From IMG/VR virus record IMGVR_UViG_3300007555_000007, positions 1-50,917 of that record: a DNA stretch of 50,917 bases. One strand, given 5' to 3'. Position numbers and translations under genes: made by a program. The stretch comes from a virus (lineage: Duplodnaviria; Caudoviricetes). Under the pieces are notes generated by a model. It was not told the origin of the DNA and ran no database searches. It was given only the letters and a program-made list of their open reading frames with translations. Shown here piece by piece: positions 9,859-18,958 of this stretch. Each line of letters opens with the position of its first letter. Within the stretch, counting starts at the first letter, position 1.

Positions 9859-11091
9859 TTACAAACTTAGTAAATCTTTCTTGAAATGTCTAAGTGTATA
9901 ATCTTTTTTTTGCTGAACAGACTTATATATGTCGTGCTCAATACCGTTCTTTGCGAACACCCAATACACTTCGTTGTTACTTCTGTCTTTGGTAGTCATC
10001 CTATCCCTGCTCTGCCAATAACTTGTTGCACTGAAATCAATATTGTAGTACACTAAATACTTGGCTTGCTTTAGAGAGATACCTTCCCTTCCCGAAACAA
10101 TCTGAAGAGCTATACTCTTATCTGTGTCTTCGAAGACACTAAGTTCTGTGGTTAGTTGGTCTCCGTAAACTTCCTTAAGAGCCTTCAACTCTTCCTTGAA
10201 CTTATAGAATATTCCTATCTTGTTGGTGCAAAAGTTGTCATAGATAAACTGAGACTTGCTCAAGTCTATTATCTTTGAATTTCCCGACTCAAACTTAATA
10301 GTTCCCGAATACAATTGATGCAACTTCATCATCAACTTCACGGGAGTATCTGCCAAAATAACTTCATCACTTCCTTCTATAACTAAATCCTTCTTCAACT
10401 TCGCTGCCAACTTGTACGTCATGTCACTCATCTCAACTTCAAGAATCTTTTCTTTTATCTTAACCTTGAAGCCTGCTTCTGCTTGCGAGTAGTTAATCGT
10501 GAATGGTTTTACCGCATCTATTATGGTTTCTAGACCTGTAGAGTAGTCACGTATGTTAAGACCTCCTATAGGTCTTGTTTTAACTTTAACATAATCATCA
10601 GAGAATCTGTAAAAGTTTTTGTAACTGCTAAAAGGATTGCCTTTTATACCGTACACTTGATGATACATCTGACTGTACGATTCGGGTGTTGGTGTTCCCG
10701 AAAGAAATATAACCTTACTGTTGTTCTTCTGAATAAGCTCCTTCACTTGCTTTGCTCTCTTGCTTGGTTTAGGATAAGCTCCCATTGAATGAGACTCATC
10801 ACACACAATAATATCCCACTTTACATTGGGTAGTTTATGAATGCTTTCATAGTTCATTACAAACATAACAAAAGATGCGGGGCAAATCAAATCATAATCC
10901 CTACTAATTGATAACATTGCTTTCTTTTTTGTTAAGAACAAAACATTTTCAACACCCATCTTATCACATATCCCTAAACTAGTCAAGGTCTTACCTGTTC
11001 TAACCTCCATAGCTAGGTAGACAAAATTACTTGTACGTAAAATATCCGTACCTTTTTTTATAATCTCTGTTTGATAGTCTCTAAATTCCAT
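9859..11091 (-). CDS. SNF2-like SF2 helicase
   Basis: RDYQ, EVRTGKT, CDESH, SGTP, GREGISL, QSRDR motifs. Confidence 0.85.
   Translation of the reverse strand: MEFRDYQTEIIKKGTDILRTSNFVYLAMEVRTGKTLTSLGICDKMGVENVLFLTKKKAMLSISRDYDLICPASFVMFVMNYESIHKLPNVKWDIIVCDESHSMGAYPKPSKRAKQVKELIQKNNSKVIFLSGTPTPESYSQMYHQVYGIKGNPFSSYKNFYRFSDDYVKVKTRPIGGLNIRDYSTGLETIIDAVKPFTINYSQAEAGFKVKIKEKILEVEMSDMTYKLAAKLKKDLVIEGSDEVILADTPVKLMMKLHQLYSGTIKFESGNSKIIDLSKSQFIYDNFCTNKIGIFYKFKEELKALKEVYGDQLTTELSVFEDTDKSIALQIVSGREGISLKQAKYLVYYNIDFSATSYWQSRDRMTTKDRSNNEVYWVFAKNGIEHDIYKSVQQKKDYTLRHFKKDLLSL
10124..10139. repeat. 16-bp palindrome copy 2 (inside the helicase CDS, read as SVFEDT)
   Basis: Exact match. Confidence 0.95.
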
Positions 11092-11102
11092 TTGATTTTT
11101 TT

Positions 11103-11315
11103 TTATGGTATGTCATACCAATTAATACTTCGCTCAATCCTAGCACGAACATCATCATCTCCTTCGCACCTGTATTTAAACTCCTTAACAACCTTTACGT
11201 TTCTACCTCTTCCCGTTTTTACATCTACCTTTTGAAACATAACTCTGTGTAGCAACCTACATTGATTAAGCATTTTCTCATTACTAAATCCGTACTTGTT
11301 TTCTATTACATCCAT
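11103..11315 (-). CDS. Hypothetical protein
   Basis: ORF in operon. Confidence 0.6.
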   Translation of the reverse strand: MDVIENKYGFSNEKMLNQCRLLHRVMFQKVDVKTGRGRNVKVVKEFKYRCEGDDDVRARIERSINWYDIP

Positions 11316-11317
11316 AA

Positions 11318-13723
11318 TTAAAAATCTGATACATACTCAGCGTCTCTCTCTCTTAGTATCATCCAATTCCCCGAAGAGTCTCTACCCTTTTCAAACTCAA
11401 TCCCATCTTTAAAATCAGCATAAGCTTGTAAGAACTTATAGAATTTAGTACGTGATATACTCATTCTAGTTCTAGGTGCATAGTCAGGATAGTCTTCTAT
11501 AAAGTCACTGTAAAGAACTTGCATATAGATTCTCTTGTTGGTTTTAAGTTTTGGATTTTGAGTTCCATCAATTATACCACACCACTCTATGAACTCGTGG
11601 TTAGTCTTAGCGGATAAATGTCTAACCTCAAGATTTACAAAGTTACTTTTTATTAATCCCTTATCTAGATAAGACTGTAAGCATTCAATCATATAGTTGT
11701 CAAAGCTACACCACTCATCATCATCCCAATCTCCAAACATCAACCTTCCAAACTCATCCAATGGAGTAAAGTTTTTGTTGTAGTGTTGGTGCAACTCTAG
11801 TTCCCACTTTCTTCTAGCGAATGAATTACCACTACCCTTTATGGCATAGTTAGTTGTGATTGCTATCTTAGGTGACTTACTAAATGGTATCTTGATTGCA
11901 TCCTTGTTCTTCTTCTCCAAGGTCAACCCTTCTGTTACAACGCTAAACAACCTTTCAAAATCAAAGTGTTTCTTTACATCATCAAAGCAAAGTATCTGCG
12001 TATCTGCCGACACTAACTGATATGCGAACGAACGTTCAAAGGTAAAAGACTTACCATCAATAACAACTAACTTCTTCATATTAGATAGTGCATTCATAAA
12101 CAATCCTTTACCTGTACCTCCTTCGGGATTGTCAGATATAACTTCGTCATTAAGAATTACTGCGGGAGAATATGATAAATTTTTGTGTGCGTGCATAAGA
12201 AATCCTACTGTACTCTCCATAGACTTCAACCTTGAAGCATCATCACCACTAATTCTTGACAAGAACTTTTGGTAGTCGCAACCATCACCACTACATAGAT
12301 TAAAAGTTCTATCAATTACGTGGTCTTTCCAAACGTATCCACCTAAATCCATATAGTCAATAGGAAGAATCTCATTCTTTGTAATCTTAACAGCACAGTT
12401 TGTGTAGTACAAGTATGCTGTATCTTTTGTATCTTCTATAAAGTAGATGTCTACTGTTGAAAGAAGAGTCAAGAACTCCTCTCTAAAGTACCTTGTATTC
12501 TCTGCAAAGTAATTATACACTGACAAGTCATCAAGAGTAATCAATGTGTTCAGTATAAAGTCTTTTATCTCCTTCTCTGATGTATGGTCTATAAGGTTAT
12601 TCTCTACCCTTACAAACACATAGTTACGACCTCCTTCGGGGCAATACTTATAGAAGCCATTGTCTTCTAAGAACTGCTTAAACAAAACGTGCACTATCTT
12701 AATAACTCCCTTGTCTGATTTTGTCCAAAATACTTTTGACTTGTTCTCCTCTTCAGCACGATTCAAAACAGACTCGATAACATCGCCATCAATCTGTGCT
12801 TCCTCCAACTGATGACGAACCTCCTTTTTTGAGACACCTCTTCTAAGCTTTGCTTTGATTTGGTTTATTCTCTCTTCATCCTCGTAGTACTTAGTTCCAA
12901 AGTTTTGACTGTTGCTGTACGCACTGTCAACAGTTCTTTGAACTTCTTGAGCAGTGAACCCTTGAGTTGTGAATTGATTCATCACATACATTGCCAAACT
13001 CTTGTTGATTCCATAATCATTCAATGCCATTGCAAGAATGTATGTGTTTTGATTTCGTTGACCTTCAACCATTGGGTACTTCTTAAGCCACCACTTCATT
13101 AGAATCTCAACAACCTTGTTCTCATCTGTGATTGGTATCGTAGGAGCATCTTGATGAACAACAACCTCTCTGTATTCAGTCTCTTCAATCTTATCCCATA
13201 CACTTGAATTTTCATTCACATAAATTAATGGGTCGTAAGACTCGTAACAAACTCTGCTCAAGTTCTTACAAGTTTTATCAAAGTACTTGCTGCTGAATCG
13301 TTTCTCAAGAGAGTTGAAATACTTAACGTGATTCTCTTCGTCTTGTGGTATCTTGACAAGAACCTTAAGACCGTTACCCGATGGTGAAATAAACACAGAG
13401 AATGTGTGCTTGTCTTTGGATATAACTTCCTTGTCTTGTAACAAATCCTTTTTGGATTCATACCCATCAAAGTCTAAGCATATTAATCCACTGTGCTCTA
13501 GTAGTGATGAGTCATTTCTTTTGGTGAACTTACCCGAAAAACATATTGATGGTAATGCTTTCTTAAGTTCGTTACGTTGTGACTTGTCTTTCTCAAGTCT
13601 AATTTTCTTAACTACTTCCTTAGTTGCTCCATCTTTTATTCTCTTAAGAATACCATCCACATTTCTGTGGAACGGTGTAGATGTATCGTGTATGTTTCGG
13701 AAGATTGTGATGATGTGTGACAT
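11318..13723 (-). CDS. Primase-helicase (BT4734/VirE N-terminal-like primase domain, PriCT-like region, P-loop helicase)
   Basis: KKALPSICFSG, GLICLDFD, FISPSGNGLK, SRVCYESYDP; GQRN; Walker A GGTGKG, CFDD, ITTN. Confidence 0.8.
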   Translation of the reverse strand: MSHIITIFRNIHDTSTPFHRNVDGILKRIKDGATKEVVKKIRLEKDKSQRNELKKALPSICFSGKFTKRNDSSLLEHSGLICLDFDGYESKKDLLQDKEVISKDKHTFSVFISPSGNGLKVLVKIPQDEENHVKYFNSLEKRFSSKYFDKTCKNLSRVCYESYDPLIYVNENSSVWDKIEETEYREVVVHQDAPTIPITDENKVVEILMKWWLKKYPMVEGQRNQNTYILAMALNDYGINKSLAMYVMNQFTTQGFTAQEVQRTVDSAYSNSQNFGTKYYEDEERINQIKAKLRRGVSKKEVRHQLEEAQIDGDVIESVLNRAEEENKSKVFWTKSDKGVIKIVHVLFKQFLEDNGFYKYCPEGGRNYVFVRVENNLIDHTSEKEIKDFILNTLITLDDLSVYNYFAENTRYFREEFLTLLSTVDIYFIEDTKDTAYLYYTNCAVKITKNEILPIDYMDLGGYVWKDHVIDRTFNLCSGDGCDYQKFLSRISGDDASRLKSMESTVGFLMHAHKNLSYSPAVILNDEVISDNPEGGTGKGLFMNALSNMKKLVVIDGKSFTFERSFAYQLVSADTQILCFDDVKKHFDFERLFSVVTEGLTLEKKNKDAIKIPFSKSPKIAITTNYAIKGSGNSFARRKWELELHQHYNKNFTPLDEFGRLMFGDWDDDEWCSFDNYMIECLQSYLDKGLIKSNFVNLEVRHLSAKTNHEFIEWCGIIDGTQNPKLKTNKRIYMQVLYSDFIEDYPDYAPRTRMSISRTKFYKFLQAYADFKDGIEFEKGRDSSGNWMILRERDAEYVSDF

Positions 13724-13725
13724 AG

Positions 13726-13792
13726 TAGTGTAGATTTAATGTTAAATTTAATTAGTTAACTAACTGATTCTCAATAACAGTGTTGAAAATGT
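13726..13792. repeat. 67-bp dispersed repeat, copy A (upstream of primase-helicase)
   Basis: Gapless 52/67 identity to 25611-25677, counted by hand. Confidence 0.8.
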
Positions 13793-13894
13793 TAATTTTA
13801 AAAACGATAGTACGAATATAAAATAAATATATAATTAAAAAAAATATATACAGTATATAATAGTAATTATTTTGCATACCTAACATTAGGGGTC

Positions 13895-13918
13895 AAAAAA
13901 AGGGTATCAATGATACCC
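13895..13918 (-). terminator. Intrinsic terminator downstream of the SSB-like gene
   Basis: GGGTATCA/TGATACCC inverted repeat followed by a T run on the minus strand. Confidence 0.75.
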
Positions 13919-13942
13919 CTTAACTGACTGATTGTTAGTTTA

Positions 13943-14188
13943 TTAGAAGTCTACACCATCTGATACCTCTTCTTTTTTCTTTGGTTCGAATGTATCTAAC
14001 TCTACATATAGTTTTCCACTACGTGCTTTGTTTACATTAAGATTCACCCAACCATTCTTTTGGTTTTCTTTCAAGAAGACAATAGCTTCGTCAACCTTGA
14101 TTGACTGTTGTCCAATTACAAAATCGGGAGCACCCTCTCTTCTCTTGAATGAAAATCCGTTTGCGAATACTTTCTCTGTGTTACTCAT
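13943..14188 (-). CDS. Putative single-stranded DNA-binding protein
   Basis: Small beta-rich protein with acidic/aromatic tail (SDGVDF), next to exonuclease and annealing genes. Confidence 0.55.
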   Translation of the reverse strand: MSNTEKVFANGFSFKRREGAPDFVIGQQSIKVDEAIVFLKENQKNGWVNLNVNKARSGKLYVELDTFEPKKKEEVSDGVDF

Positions 14189-14291
14189 AACTAATAATGT
14201 TTATTTGTTCTTCCAATGTGTTTATAGTTTGAAGGATAACTTCTTGTTTCTCTTCTCGTGTAATGCAATCCATTGGAATTTGAAACCACAT
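14181..14291 (-). CDS. Possible small ORF (MWFQIPMDC...)
   Basis: Hand-translated; fills the gap and overlaps the SSB start. Confidence 0.35.
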   Translation of the reverse strand: MWFQIPMDCITREEKQEVILQTINTLEEQINIISYE

Positions 14292-14305
14292 TACCCGTTT
14301 TTTTT

Positions 14306-14321
14306 GTGTCTTCGAAGACAC
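14306..14321. repeat. 16-bp palindrome copy 3
   Basis: Exact match. Confidence 0.95.
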
Positions 14322-14328
14322 TAGTCTT

Positions 14329-15060
14329 CTAAAGATATTCATCTATGAAATAGCTTGACAGTTCTTCCTTGGGAGTATCCCCAAAGAAGGTGTTATATAC
14401 CTCAACCGCCCTCTTTACCTTCTCTTCGCCGCCCCTAATAAACTCCTCAGTAGGTCTGAATACACCCATCTGATGCGATGTCTTGTCTATTACAAAGAAT
14501 ATCAAAGGCTTGTTAAATAGTTGTTGGTATATGTATGCTTGACTATCGTAGTTGTACTTCTTAGCACTCCACTTAAAGTCAGCTAGCTTGCTTGTTGTCT
14601 TTAAATCAATAAGCATATCATCACATACGATGTCCACTTTACCTTTCCACATAAGACCCATTATCTCTTTGACAGCGGGTTCTTCATAGATGTTTCCATC
14701 CTTGTATATGTTATCAAAAAAGTATAGGTTATTCTTCATGGTATCAGTTAAATTAACAACCTCCTCAGCCTCTTTAGTTAGTAAAGCAACCTCTACACCC
14801 ATCTCAGCAATAGCTTCCTTGTAAAGCTTTGTATTACGTGATGATGAATCTATAGTTACGACTTCACTAGCCTTGTCGGGTTCTATTAATAACTGATGAA
14901 AATATCTACCTTTTGCAAAGTTTTGATTATCGGGTCTACTAACTCCGAACTCCCTCGGATTAGTAAGAAGAGTACCTATATCACTATTAGAGAGGAATTT
15001 TTTACCTCCCTCTCCATAGTAATACTTGTCATCTTTTAGCTTCTCTATCACATCTTTCAT
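14329..15060 (-). CDS. PD-(D/E)XK exonuclease (RecE/DUF3799-like)
   Basis: LSNSDI, G..FH..L.EP, KGKVD, IDLKTT, YDSQAYIY. Confidence 0.8.
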   Translation of the reverse strand: MKDVIEKLKDDKYYYGEGGKKFLSNSDIGTLLTNPREFGVSRPDNQNFAKGRYFHQLLIEPDKASEVVTIDSSSRNTKLYKEAIAEMGVEVALLTKEAEEVVNLTDTMKNNLYFFDNIYKDGNIYEEPAVKEIMGLMWKGKVDIVCDDMLIDLKTTSKLADFKWSAKKYNYDSQAYIYQQLFNKPLIFFVIDKTSHQMGVFRPTEEFIRGGEEKVKRAVEVYNTFFGDTPKEELSSYFIDEYL

Positions 15061-15713
15061 TATGCGATAGCCTTTTGAATCTCTTTCTCAATAGTAGCTG
15101 TGAATCCGTACTTAGTCTTGAGTTGAGAAATTAATTTATCAGCACCCGCAGACTTGTTAGCTACCACGTACTTCAATACCTTATCCCAATTCGCATCACC
15201 CTTTGATAGTTTGATTGTTTTTACTTCCTTCTTAGGGGCTACTGTAACCTTTGGAGTTTCACTCTCTGTTTCGGGTAAGTCTTCACCCGCATAAATGTAG
15301 TGACCTAATCCAAACATTGCTAGGTTCTTAACTAGACAACGCATAAGAGTCTTGTTTATATCGAACATAGTTGCACCCGCAACCTTCTTAGTTCCATACC
15401 TTGTTTCGAACTCATAAGCTTCAGCCTTCATAGATTTGTTAGCACCATCCATAACGGGTAGCCACATACCTAGCGTCTCCCCTTCTATTGTAACGATAGT
15501 TCTACACATATACCCAAGACTCTCATCGTATACGTATGGTAAGTCTGAATCGCCGCACTGAACTTCATACGTTGCACTAGGATAATGTTTCTTAACTTCT
15601 CCCCAAGCCCAAGCCCAAGATAAGTAAGTTAGATTGTTCTTCTTTTCAACCTTATCATTTACGTTAATGGCTGACAGTGTTTCAAACACTGATTTTGTTT
15701 TTGAATTTGACAT
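15060..15713 (-). CDS. Single-strand annealing protein, Sak3/DUF1071 family
   Basis: VEKKNNLTYLSWAWAW...MWLPVMD...INKTLMRCLVKNLAMFGLGHYIYAGEDLP. Confidence 0.85.
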   Translation of the reverse strand: MSNSKTKSVFETLSAINVNDKVEKKNNLTYLSWAWAWGEVKKHYPSATYEVQCGDSDLPYVYDESLGYMCRTIVTIEGETLGMWLPVMDGANKSMKAEAYEFETRYGTKKVAGATMFDINKTLMRCLVKNLAMFGLGHYIYAGEDLPETESETPKVTVAPKKEVKTIKLSKGDANWDKVLKYVVANKSAGADKLISQLKTKYGFTATIEKEIQKAIA

Positions 15714-15720
15714 AGTTTAT

Positions 15721-16125
15721 TTAATTTAATTGATTGATAATCTTACTTGATTCGGAAAACTTTAGTAGGTAATGCTCTCTCATATCCTTGAGACCCATTA
15801 TGTATCTTCCATTTTTTCTTGTGTTAATTTCAGCTCTTATTCTCTCCTCAATAACGTCAAGTTTTCTACGGTAGTTAGACAAAGATACGACATATTTTCC
15901 ATAAACCCAACCTTTTTCTTCAAAAAAAAGATACTCATTACTCTCTATTTCCCTATAGAAATCACCGCCTAGATGGGTATTGTATATAACTATTTCACCC
16001 GTTTGAATATCTCTTTCTATCTTAACTCCTTTTGAGATTACAGAGTTACAACATTTAGAATCTATCTTAGCTATGTTGTTGTCAGAATTAGCTTGATTAT
16101 ATATATCTTGTAGAGTGTAACTCAT
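15721..16125 (-). CDS. Hypothetical protein
   Basis: ORF in operon. Confidence 0.6.
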   Translation of the reverse strand: MSYTLQDIYNQANSDNNIAKIDSKCCNSVISKGVKIERDIQTGEIVIYNTHLGGDFYREIESNEYLFFEEKGWVYGKYVVSLSNYRRKLDVIEERIRAEINTRKNGRYIMGLKDMREHYLLKFSESSKIINQLN

Positions 16126-16411
16126 TGTTAAAGTTTTTTATAAAGGTTCTGTAGTCTTTGTCACACAAAGAGTTTTCCTTGACTACGTTTATTCCGTGAA
16201 TAATACTTGAATGAGATATGCTATAGCCTTGCTCCTCCATAAAAGATTGTATCTGAATTACCTTCATACTTCTTTCTTTGCATAAGTAATATAACATATA
16301 CCTAGCGTCTACTATCTCTCTACTTTTATTCTTTTGGAATAATGATTCCAACTCTACATCGTATAAAGCTGAAATCTTATCTGCGTAACTTTTAAAAATT
16401 TGTTTCTTCAT
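16097..16411 (-). CDS. Second DnaA C-terminal-like HTH protein
   Basis: KSREIVDARYMLYYL...HSSIIHG; start moved to MKKQ. Confidence 0.65.
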   Translation of the reverse strand: MKKQIFKSYADKISALYDVELESLFQKNKSREIVDARYMLYYLCKERSMKVIQIQSFMEEQGYSISHSSIIHGINVVKENSLCDKDYRTFIKNFNNELHSTRYI

Positions 16412-16550
16412 CTTTGTATGTTTGTTTTTGTGAAAAAATTTCTCCAAAATACTTAAACAAATCCTCCATTTGTGTCTTCGAAGACACAAGGTATGGATTA
16501 GTAGGCTCTTGTTCTCTTTGTCTCATAAATTCTTCGCTTGATTTTCCCAT
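16392..16550 (-). CDS. Hypothetical protein (52 aa, MGKSSEEFMRQRE...)
   Basis: Hand-translated; ATG 1 nt after the upstream stop; carries palindrome copy 4 in frame (VSSKT). Confidence 0.55.
   Translation of the reverse strand: MGKSSEEFMRQREQEPTNPYLVSSKTQMEDLFKYFGEIFSQKQTYKDEETNF
16472..16487. repeat. 16-bp palindrome copy 4
   Basis: Exact match. Confidence 0.95.
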
Positions 16551-16551
16551 C

Positions 16552-16956
16552 TTAAATAAATTCTTTTACACTGTTATACAATATATCTTCGCACTCTGCG
16601 ACTGATTTTTTTTGAAATACTTTTTTCTGTATTCCGTGTTCGTTCTGTGTTACTGTAACAGCCATGCATAAATCACTGTCCAATAACTGCACTATCATAC
16701 CTCCTCCGTACCTCATAATATCTTTGCAGTTGCTTGAAATATTGAAATCGTTGTATGATATTTTAGAATCTTCGGTAAGGTAGTTTTTTTCATAATCCTT
16801 TCGACTCATTAATCTACCCGTATCCAACCAAGCAAACTTCTTTTCTTTTTTGCTTGCATCTTTTAATAGGTCTAACCTTGTTAGGTAATGTTTGTCGGGC
16901 TTTTCTTGAGCGGTCTCTATTCCCGCATCAAAGTCTATAATATTTAGTCTTTCCAT
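16552..16956 (-). CDS. Hypothetical protein
   Basis: ORF with A-rich leader downstream of a promoter. Confidence 0.65.
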   Translation of the reverse strand: MERLNIIDFDAGIETAQEKPDKHYLTRLDLLKDASKKEKKFAWLDTGRLMSRKDYEKNYLTEDSKISYNDFNISSNCKDIMRYGGGMIVQLLDSDLCMAVTVTQNEHGIQKKVFQKKSVAECEDILYNSVKEFI

Positions 16957-16985
16957 TGTAAATAAATTAAAGTTTAATAATTGTT

Positions 16986-17017
16986 CAAATATAGTATAAT
17001 TCTAGTGTACTACCAAA
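16986..17017 (-). promoter_or_regulatory. Bacteroidota-type promoter (-33 TTTG, N20, -7 TATATTTG)
   Basis: Matches the TTTG-N19..21-TAnnTTTG consensus; intergenic, upstream of the replication/recombination genes. Confidence 0.7.
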
Positions 17018-17021
17018 TATT

Positions 17022-17306
17022 TTACTTAGAAATATCTGATATTCTTACGTACCAATAATTATCTATTAGTTTTTTCTCGCTGTTGTTCCAAGAGCAAGCA
17101 TCCGTGTATTTTTTTGGAAGCTTTCCAACTTCAATACATATAGGTATGTTGTTCTCGCCGCAGAAATTAATCTCCTCTTCAGATTCTAATAAGCTTTCTG
17201 ATTCATCGTGGTGAACTGCAAATAGTTCTACTGCGTTAGCTCTAAATAAATCTATTGCTGAGTGAGAAACTTCTTTCCATATAAAATTGTCCTTTGTAAT
17301 AATCAT
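17022..17306 (-). CDS. Hypothetical protein
   Basis: ORF with ATGA overlap. Confidence 0.6.
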   Translation of the reverse strand: MIITKDNFIWKEVSHSAIDLFRANAVELFAVHHDESESLLESEEEINFCGENNIPICIEVGKLPKKYTDACSWNNSEKKLIDNYWYVRISDISK

Positions 17307-17503
17307 ACTCTTAGTTTTTTAAATATTGATTGCTTATGCATTTCCCCTAACTTATCACAGAAACTCCTTAGTTCTTCTACGGGTATCCTATGTTTTGCTC
17401 TAAAGTTTTCTACGAAGGTAGCGTAAGGATACTTCCCTTCTTTGTAAAAATTCTTTTCGTAATCTACTACTCCCGATACTGTGCATTTTTTTAATCCGTT
17501 CAT
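17303..17503 (-). CDS. Hypothetical protein
   Basis: Probable start MNGLKK (ATGA overlap). Confidence 0.55.
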   Translation of the reverse strand: MNGLKKCTVSGVVDYEKNFYKEGKYPYATFVENFRAKHRIPVEELRSFCDKLGEMHKQSIFKKLRV

Positions 17504-17751
17504 AATTTGTTTTTTAAAGTTTCTATATATAATGTTGCATCCATCAACTCCTCTTGTAGGTGTTGTAGCCATTGTAAAGGAGTTAAATCTCCTCGGTCTA
17601 GTGTAGTTCCATATTTTTCAATACCTACTCTTGAGCGTTCTCTGTAAGCGTCTATTACTTTGCTTACCACCTTGTCTTCAGTACCCTCTGATAGGTAATG
17701 TATTCCCGTGTCTAAATCTAATTTCCCCATATCTCTATAGCTGATTGGCAA
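17500..17751 (-). CDS. Conserved small phage protein, possible all-alpha NTP pyrophosphohydrolase (MazG-like)
   Basis: RSRVGIEKYGTTLDR..L...QWLQHLQEELMDATLY. Confidence 0.55.
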   Translation of the reverse strand: MPISYRDMGKLDLDTGIHYLSEGTEDKVVSKVIDAYRERSRVGIEKYGTTLDRGDLTPLQWLQHLQEELMDATLYIETLKNKL

Positions 17752-17833
17752 GTGATAGAAAGTATTGCTACCATTGATAGTATAACAATAACTACAACTA
17801 GATAAGAAAGAAATCTTTCTGTGCGTTCTGTCT

Positions 17834-17968
17834 TCATAATTTTACATCTATTCGATTAATAATTTTTTGTTCCAAATCCTCAAGAGTTTTGCGTAAAAGG
17901 ATATTATCCTCCTTGCTGTCTTTAGAAATAAAAGAAAGAATCTCTTGTATTCTGTCTAGTGTTGTCAT
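17834..17968 (-). CDS. Hypothetical protein (44 aa, MTTLDRIQE...)
   Basis: Hand-translated; first ORF downstream of hammerhead 1. Confidence 0.45.
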   Translation of the reverse strand: MTTLDRIQEILSFISKDSKEDNILLRKTLEDLEQKIINRIDVKL

Positions 17969-17988
17969 ACATCTGTTTTTAAAGGTTT

Positions 17989-18037
17989 CCGTTTCATCCT
18001 TTAGGAATCATCAGTGCAAGTACTCACTTGCATACGG
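17989..18037 (-). ncRNA. Hammerhead ribozyme HH1, type III
   Basis: Minus strand CCGUA^UGCAAG-UGAGUA-CUUGCA CUGAUGA UUCC-UAAA-GGAU GAAA CGG; full core and three stems; cleavage predicted at 18033/18032. Confidence 0.85.
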
Positions 18038-18044
18038 TAAAGGA

Positions 18045-18060
18045 GTGTCTTCGAAGACAC
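18045..18060. repeat. 16-bp palindrome copy 5 (7 nt 5' of HH1 on the transcript)
   Basis: Exact match; flanks extend the hairpin. Confidence 0.95.
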
Positions 18061-18067
18061 CCCTTGT

Positions 18068-18128
18068 TCTTACTTTCCAAAGTACCCCGCCTTGTGATAA
18101 GGGTCGGCACACATTTCAGAAAGCAAGA
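18068..18128 (-). ncRNA. Unassigned structured RNA (long hairpin with internal loops)
   Basis: UCUUGCUUUCUGAA/UUUGGAAAGUAAGA, GUGCC/GGUAC, CCUU/AAGG; G-U wobbles pair only on the minus strand. Confidence 0.45.
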
Positions 18129-18189
18129 TAACTATTATCATAATGATATACAAAATTATTTTGCCTTGTCTGTCTGTCATATCGTTTGT

Positions 18190-18480
18190 TTATAAATGTC
18201 CTCCATCGTTTGTTTCTTCACAATCGAAACGAGTTTCAGCATCACAACCTTCTTGATTAAATCCATTTTCAAAACATCCACTACCGAACTCAAGTTCTGA
18301 TTTATCAGTAGCATTATCTATTTGCTCAGACCACAAATCCTCGTTCTCCAATAAATAATCATCTAAAGAATGATAGCCTTTATTATCTATTAAGTATTTC
18401 TCATAATCCTTCTTATTTATTTCTATTTCTACTGTACCCACTTTGTGGTAAACAAACCTTTGGCTAATTGTTACTTTCAT
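18190..18480 (-). CDS. Hypothetical acidic protein
   Basis: ORF with A-rich leader. Confidence 0.6.
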   Translation of the reverse strand: MKVTISQRFVYHKVGTVEIEINKKDYEKYLIDNKGYHSLDDYLLENEDLWSEQIDNATDKSELEFGSGCFENGFNQEGCDAETRFDCEETNDGGHL

Positions 18481-18720
18481 ATTATTTAATTTTAGTTGTT
18501 TATTTAATTTAATTGATTGGTTTTATTTAGAGAGAATTTTAGAAAATATTACCATCATATTCTCTAAGTAGTCCGTATCAAATCTATTCCAATAAGACCT
18601 ATCGGGAATGTTCAACGATAGAGTCTCGTGCTGACTGCTTAGTACATCGATGAGTAGATTTCTGTAACTTGTTGGTTCGTAATACGCAGATTTGTATAAC
18701 ATAATATATAGTTTTAATTA

Positions 18721-18957
18721 TTAGTACTCATCTAATGGATACATATCTTCCCAACCATCTACTGCGTTAGGATTGGCATAAGTTCTCTCTACGTGAGTGT
18801 AAGCCTCAACATAGTATACCTCATCAATAAAGTCATCTGATAGTTCTTCAAAATACTTTTCTGCTTCATCGAATGTGCTGAACCCATCAGCGTTCACCTC
18901 TCCGCCTCCTTGTGGACTAACCCACATTACTCTGTACATTTTTGTTTCTGTTATCAT
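18721..18957 (-). CDS. Hypothetical acidic protein
   Basis: ORF in operon. Confidence 0.6.
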   Translation of the reverse strand: MITETKMYRVMWVSPQGGGEVNADGFSTFDEAEKYFEELSDDFIDEVYYVEAYTHVERTYANPNAVDGWEDMYPLDEY

Positions 18958-18958
18958 C

